Below are positions 18,987 through 21,697 of a stretch of DNA of 21,697 nucleotides, piece by piece (the first letter of the stretch is position 1; each line of letters opens with the position of its first letter). The position numbers were made by a program, and so were the translations under genes. The stretch comes from Patescibacteria group bacterium (GTDB lineage Bacteria > Patescibacteriota > Gracilibacteria > BD1-5 > UBA2023). The DNA is taken from NCBI GenBank assembly GCA_049315825.1, contig JBMOJK010000017.1:1-21697 (forward strand), written 5' to 3'. Below the pieces are notes generated by a model, which was not told where the DNA came from, searched no databases, and worked only from the letters and a program-made list of their open reading frames with translations.

Positions 18987-20027
18987 ATGGTACTTTCGTT
19001 GCCTGAAAATAATTTTGATGTTGTCATTGATCCACTAATTCGCAAGGCATCTATCACTAGGAAAAGCCTCTATGACTCAGCAAGAAAGCTAAGGATCTGA
19101 GAAAAAGAACTTCTGGACATCCTGAAGATGAGAGCGGAGTGTGTGCTGGAGATTTTGCGCCAGGATTCGTCTCCCAATGCACAGACTCGACTGTCTATTG
19201 GAAAATGACTCCATTGATCCATTGAAGCGCTTCAAAAGGAAATCGCTTCCGATCCTCAACAGACAATCACTATCCGTCCGGATATTATATACAAGTGAAT
19301 GTTTAATGACCTGAGAAGGGTTTGTTCGCTGTGGAATATGGAAGACAAGCATGCTGCTTTGATGTACGAATTTTTGCTCTTTATGGGGCAAATTGGAATG
19401 GTTAGCAGGAGCTCTGCCCAGGTAATGATGGAGGTGCTTGCCAACTCCATCATTAAAAATGGTGTGGTTACACTATTCGTGGCAAATAGCAAATCCATAG
19501 ATCCTGACTCTAGTGTATTAAGGAATAAGCCACAGTATTTTACGAATGAATACTTGAGAAATAAGGTAGAGTCCTTTGTACAATCTCATGATCTTTCGGT
19601 CGAGTATATTTGCCTGCTGCCAGATCTCGATCCGAAATTCCCAATTGAAAGATGCGATGAACTGTGGCAAATGAATCTGGAACAGATCCGGTCCTATACC
19701 TCAGCAAAGTGTGTTCGACTGAGCATGCTTTCAGCATCTGTAGAAGTGGACAGAAAATTTGTCTTACGCACTCTAGAGAAAGAAATTGCCGATTTCACCG
19801 AAAGGCAGTCTACACTTATCGAATTTCATGCTGATGCGGATTTTGCTGCCCATCAAATCGTTAACTATGCTACTGCTGGAATCATTTTCGAGGAGATTTT
19901 TCCTAATGGGATATTGCTCGATATACAGAAACGCTCTTATCCGTTCGAGCAGCCTTACTATTCTCGACTAAGAAAAAATGAGCTTCCCATCGTCTATTGT
20001 GGCCAGAAGGATGGAAATCCGCTATAA
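18987..20027 (+). CDS. Hypothetical protein (346 aa), no domain recognised
   Basis: ATG 18987 is in frame with track ORF 19299..20027 through four TGAs (19095, 19206, 19215, 19296). Stop TAA 20025-20027. The next gene starts 15 nt later. Confidence 0.7.
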
Positions 20028-20041
20028 GTGATAATACTACT

Positions 20042-21007
20042 ATGCATAAATACCCCTTGAGTATAGCCCCATGAGACAAAGTTGGTATTGCATTTGTTTC
20101 TCAATCAGTTGCTCTAGAAGAAAGATCCCGATTATTCTCTCAAGTAGAGTCCTTTTGCTTAGAATTAGGTGTTGTGCCGGTTTTTGGAAAAGGAGCAATA
20201 GCCAATTATTCGGAATCGGGCGCACGGACAAGAGCTGGGGATATCAATGATTTCTTTTCCGATTCAGATGTAAAGTGTATCCTGATGGCTGATGGTGGTG
20301 GACTTTCAATCAAGACTCTTCCATACTTGAATTATGATCTGATAAAAAGTAATCCGAAATTGCTATGTGCATTCTCGGATAGTAGCACCCTGGCCAACGC
20401 CATATACGCAAATACCGGATTACCTGCAATTCTTATCCCAAGCATTGCCAGTGCGCTGCGTGATCCATCGGGCGACATCCATTCGCTATATGAAAAAGCT
20501 CTCTTTTGATCATGAATAAATCGATTCTCCTTTACTTTTGGGAGTATTGGAAGGGACAAGTCCGCCCCTGCTTCGATACTACTCAATGAGCCTCAGGATT
20601 GCATGGTTCCATGAATAGCGGAGTGAATTTTGATTTGAGGCAATCTTAGTAGCTTTTCGCTCTTGTTTGGAACAAGCTGTTGCCCAATGCCGATGGATGC
20701 CATACTAATTCTTGAAGAGTCCTCGCAAACTCCGATGGTGGTTATCGAGCGAGAATTGGAGAGGCTGAAGCAGAGCGCGCTTTTCAAGCATATACGTGGC
20801 ATAGTATTCGGTAGATTCCAATATGGATGTGGGTACTCGTTTTGAGACAGGAGACTTTCAGACATAGTTTATGACGCATTTGGGCACCTTAATATTCCCA
20901 TTGTTATGAACGGGGATTTCGGACACGTAAGGCCGACGATGCCCGTTCCCCTAGGATGTTTGGCTCTGCTCAGATCCGAATCCAGCCCACTACTTAATTT
21001 TTTATAG
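20042..21007 (+). CDS. Peptidase S66 family protein (LD-carboxypeptidase LdcA / microcin C7 immunity MccF-like)
   Basis: ATG 20042. Track ORFs 20174..20509 and 20663..20845 are in the same frame, and there are seven TGAs in total. Stop TAG 21005-21007. Motifs: LSIAP[TGA]DKVGIAF (the usual GD), nucleophile context CAFSDSSTL, GIAE[TGA]ILI[TGA]GNL (TGA at 20624 and 20636), ILILEES, GDFGH. Confidence 0.88.
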
Positions 21008-21010
21008 CTT

Positions 21011-21697
21011 ATGTTTTTCGATACTTCAGAGCATCAGAAGCTTATGTGAAGGACTTCAGTCAAAGAGAAGACGTTGATAATAGAAAAGGAATACAAATCC
21101 ATGCCAGCCTTCATTATAAGTTGTGGAAAGCAGGGCGGATTGCCTTTCGATTACCTCATGACTGATATATACAGTGGATGTTTGCCCGTTAGAAATATTT
21201 GTTACGGGAACTGCTCTGCTGCGACATATTGGATAGACCAGGGCTACGATTTTTGAAAAAGGGTCGAAAATTCATTCGAACCGGAATTATTTGAGGCGGC
21301 TCTAAAAAAATTGCCATCTGACCAGAGATGGTTGCGCCAAGGCTGGGCTTCCGATTTTTCTTACTCTGAACATGCATGGGAGGTTTTGCTGGAAGTCGCA
21401 AAAATGCTCAAAAAGCACGATATACATCTCCTTGTTATCACGAAGCTATTCTATTTGACCAAGCAACGTGAAATACTTGAAGAACTTGCTGAGTTGGGCG
21501 TTGAAATACGTGTATCGCTGGCAGCATCTGATACGCGTATACATCTAAGTAAAAAACTTGCATTTCTAGAAAAATACCGATCGCTCGGAGGTGTTTCGGT
21601 ACCCTATCTCATGACGGCCAAGTATTCGATTCCAGAATTGTCCGCGAATCAGCAGGCGATAGTTGATTGGGTAGTTCAAGGTGATTATATTGCCTGA
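21011..21697 (+). CDS. Hypothetical protein with a CX6CX3C motif, possible Fe-S / TIM-barrel enzyme; 3' partial
   Basis: ATG 21011 lies 4 nt after the peptidase stop (ATG 21101 is an alternative). Track ORFs 21074..21256 and 21311..21697 share the frame and are joined by TGA 21254. The terminal TGA (21695) is also sense, so the gene continues past the window. Cys motif: SGCLPVRNICYGNCSAATYW (21179-21214). Alternating strand/helix-like segments follow (HLLVITK, IRVSLAA). Confidence 0.65.

Noticed and set aside
1-21697. An alternative reading of TGA as Trp (code 4, as in Mycoplasma or some other reduced genomes).
   Set aside because: The TGAs fall on positions that are invariant Gly, not Trp: both Walker A glycines, the HATPase GxGLGL box, GGEP, GGNL and receiver GADDY. 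Ordinary TGG codons also occur where Trp is expected, for example in the SLH motifs.

Overview
The standard-code ORF track is misleading for this window. Nearly every gene is cut into pieces at TGA, and those TGAs fall on invariant glycines: Walker A GxxxxGK, the HATPase G2 box GxGLGL, radical-SAM GGEP, and LD-carboxypeptidase GGNL. Only TAA and TAG end proteins. This indicates genetic code 25 (UGA=Gly), known from Gracilibacteria and Absconditabacteria (SR1) in the CPR/Patescibacteria. All coordinates below were re-derived by hand with TGA read as Gly.

Contents from left to right:
1. 128-2912 (+): a membrane GAF histidine kinase and an OmpR-type regulator.
2. 10950-2904 (-): a tightly packed operon of about 8 kb. 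It encodes a PAS kinase, a 907-aa multidomain protein of unknown function (N-terminal glutamine-amidotransferase-like motifs), two paralogous single-domain receivers with CPxC tails, a FIST-PAS kinase and an OmpR regulator.
3. 11361-12677 (+): a secreted esterase with two SLH domains.
4. 12830-13932 (-): two small membrane proteins.
5. 13933-14668: a stretch with several hairpins and little convincing coding sequence.
6. 17206-14684 (-): a cassette of a dTMP-kinase-like P-loop kinase, a CYTH (triphosphate tunnel) protein, a MoaA-like radical SAM enzyme and a GreA/Rnk-like factor. The last gene carries an in-frame TAA. I rate this the best candidate for an undescribed nucleotide-modifying system (defence or signalling).
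7. 17207-18736: decayed mobile or defence-island debris, comprising a truncated AAA_13/PrrC-like ATPase fragment head to head with a truncated, frameshifted large serine recombinase.
8. 18987-21697 (+): an operon of an unknown 346-aa protein, an S66 LD-carboxypeptidase/MccF-like peptidase, and a protein with a CX6CX3C motif that runs off the window.

I found no rRNA, intact tRNA or CRISPR array. Every domain call is motif recognition by eye. No database search was run.
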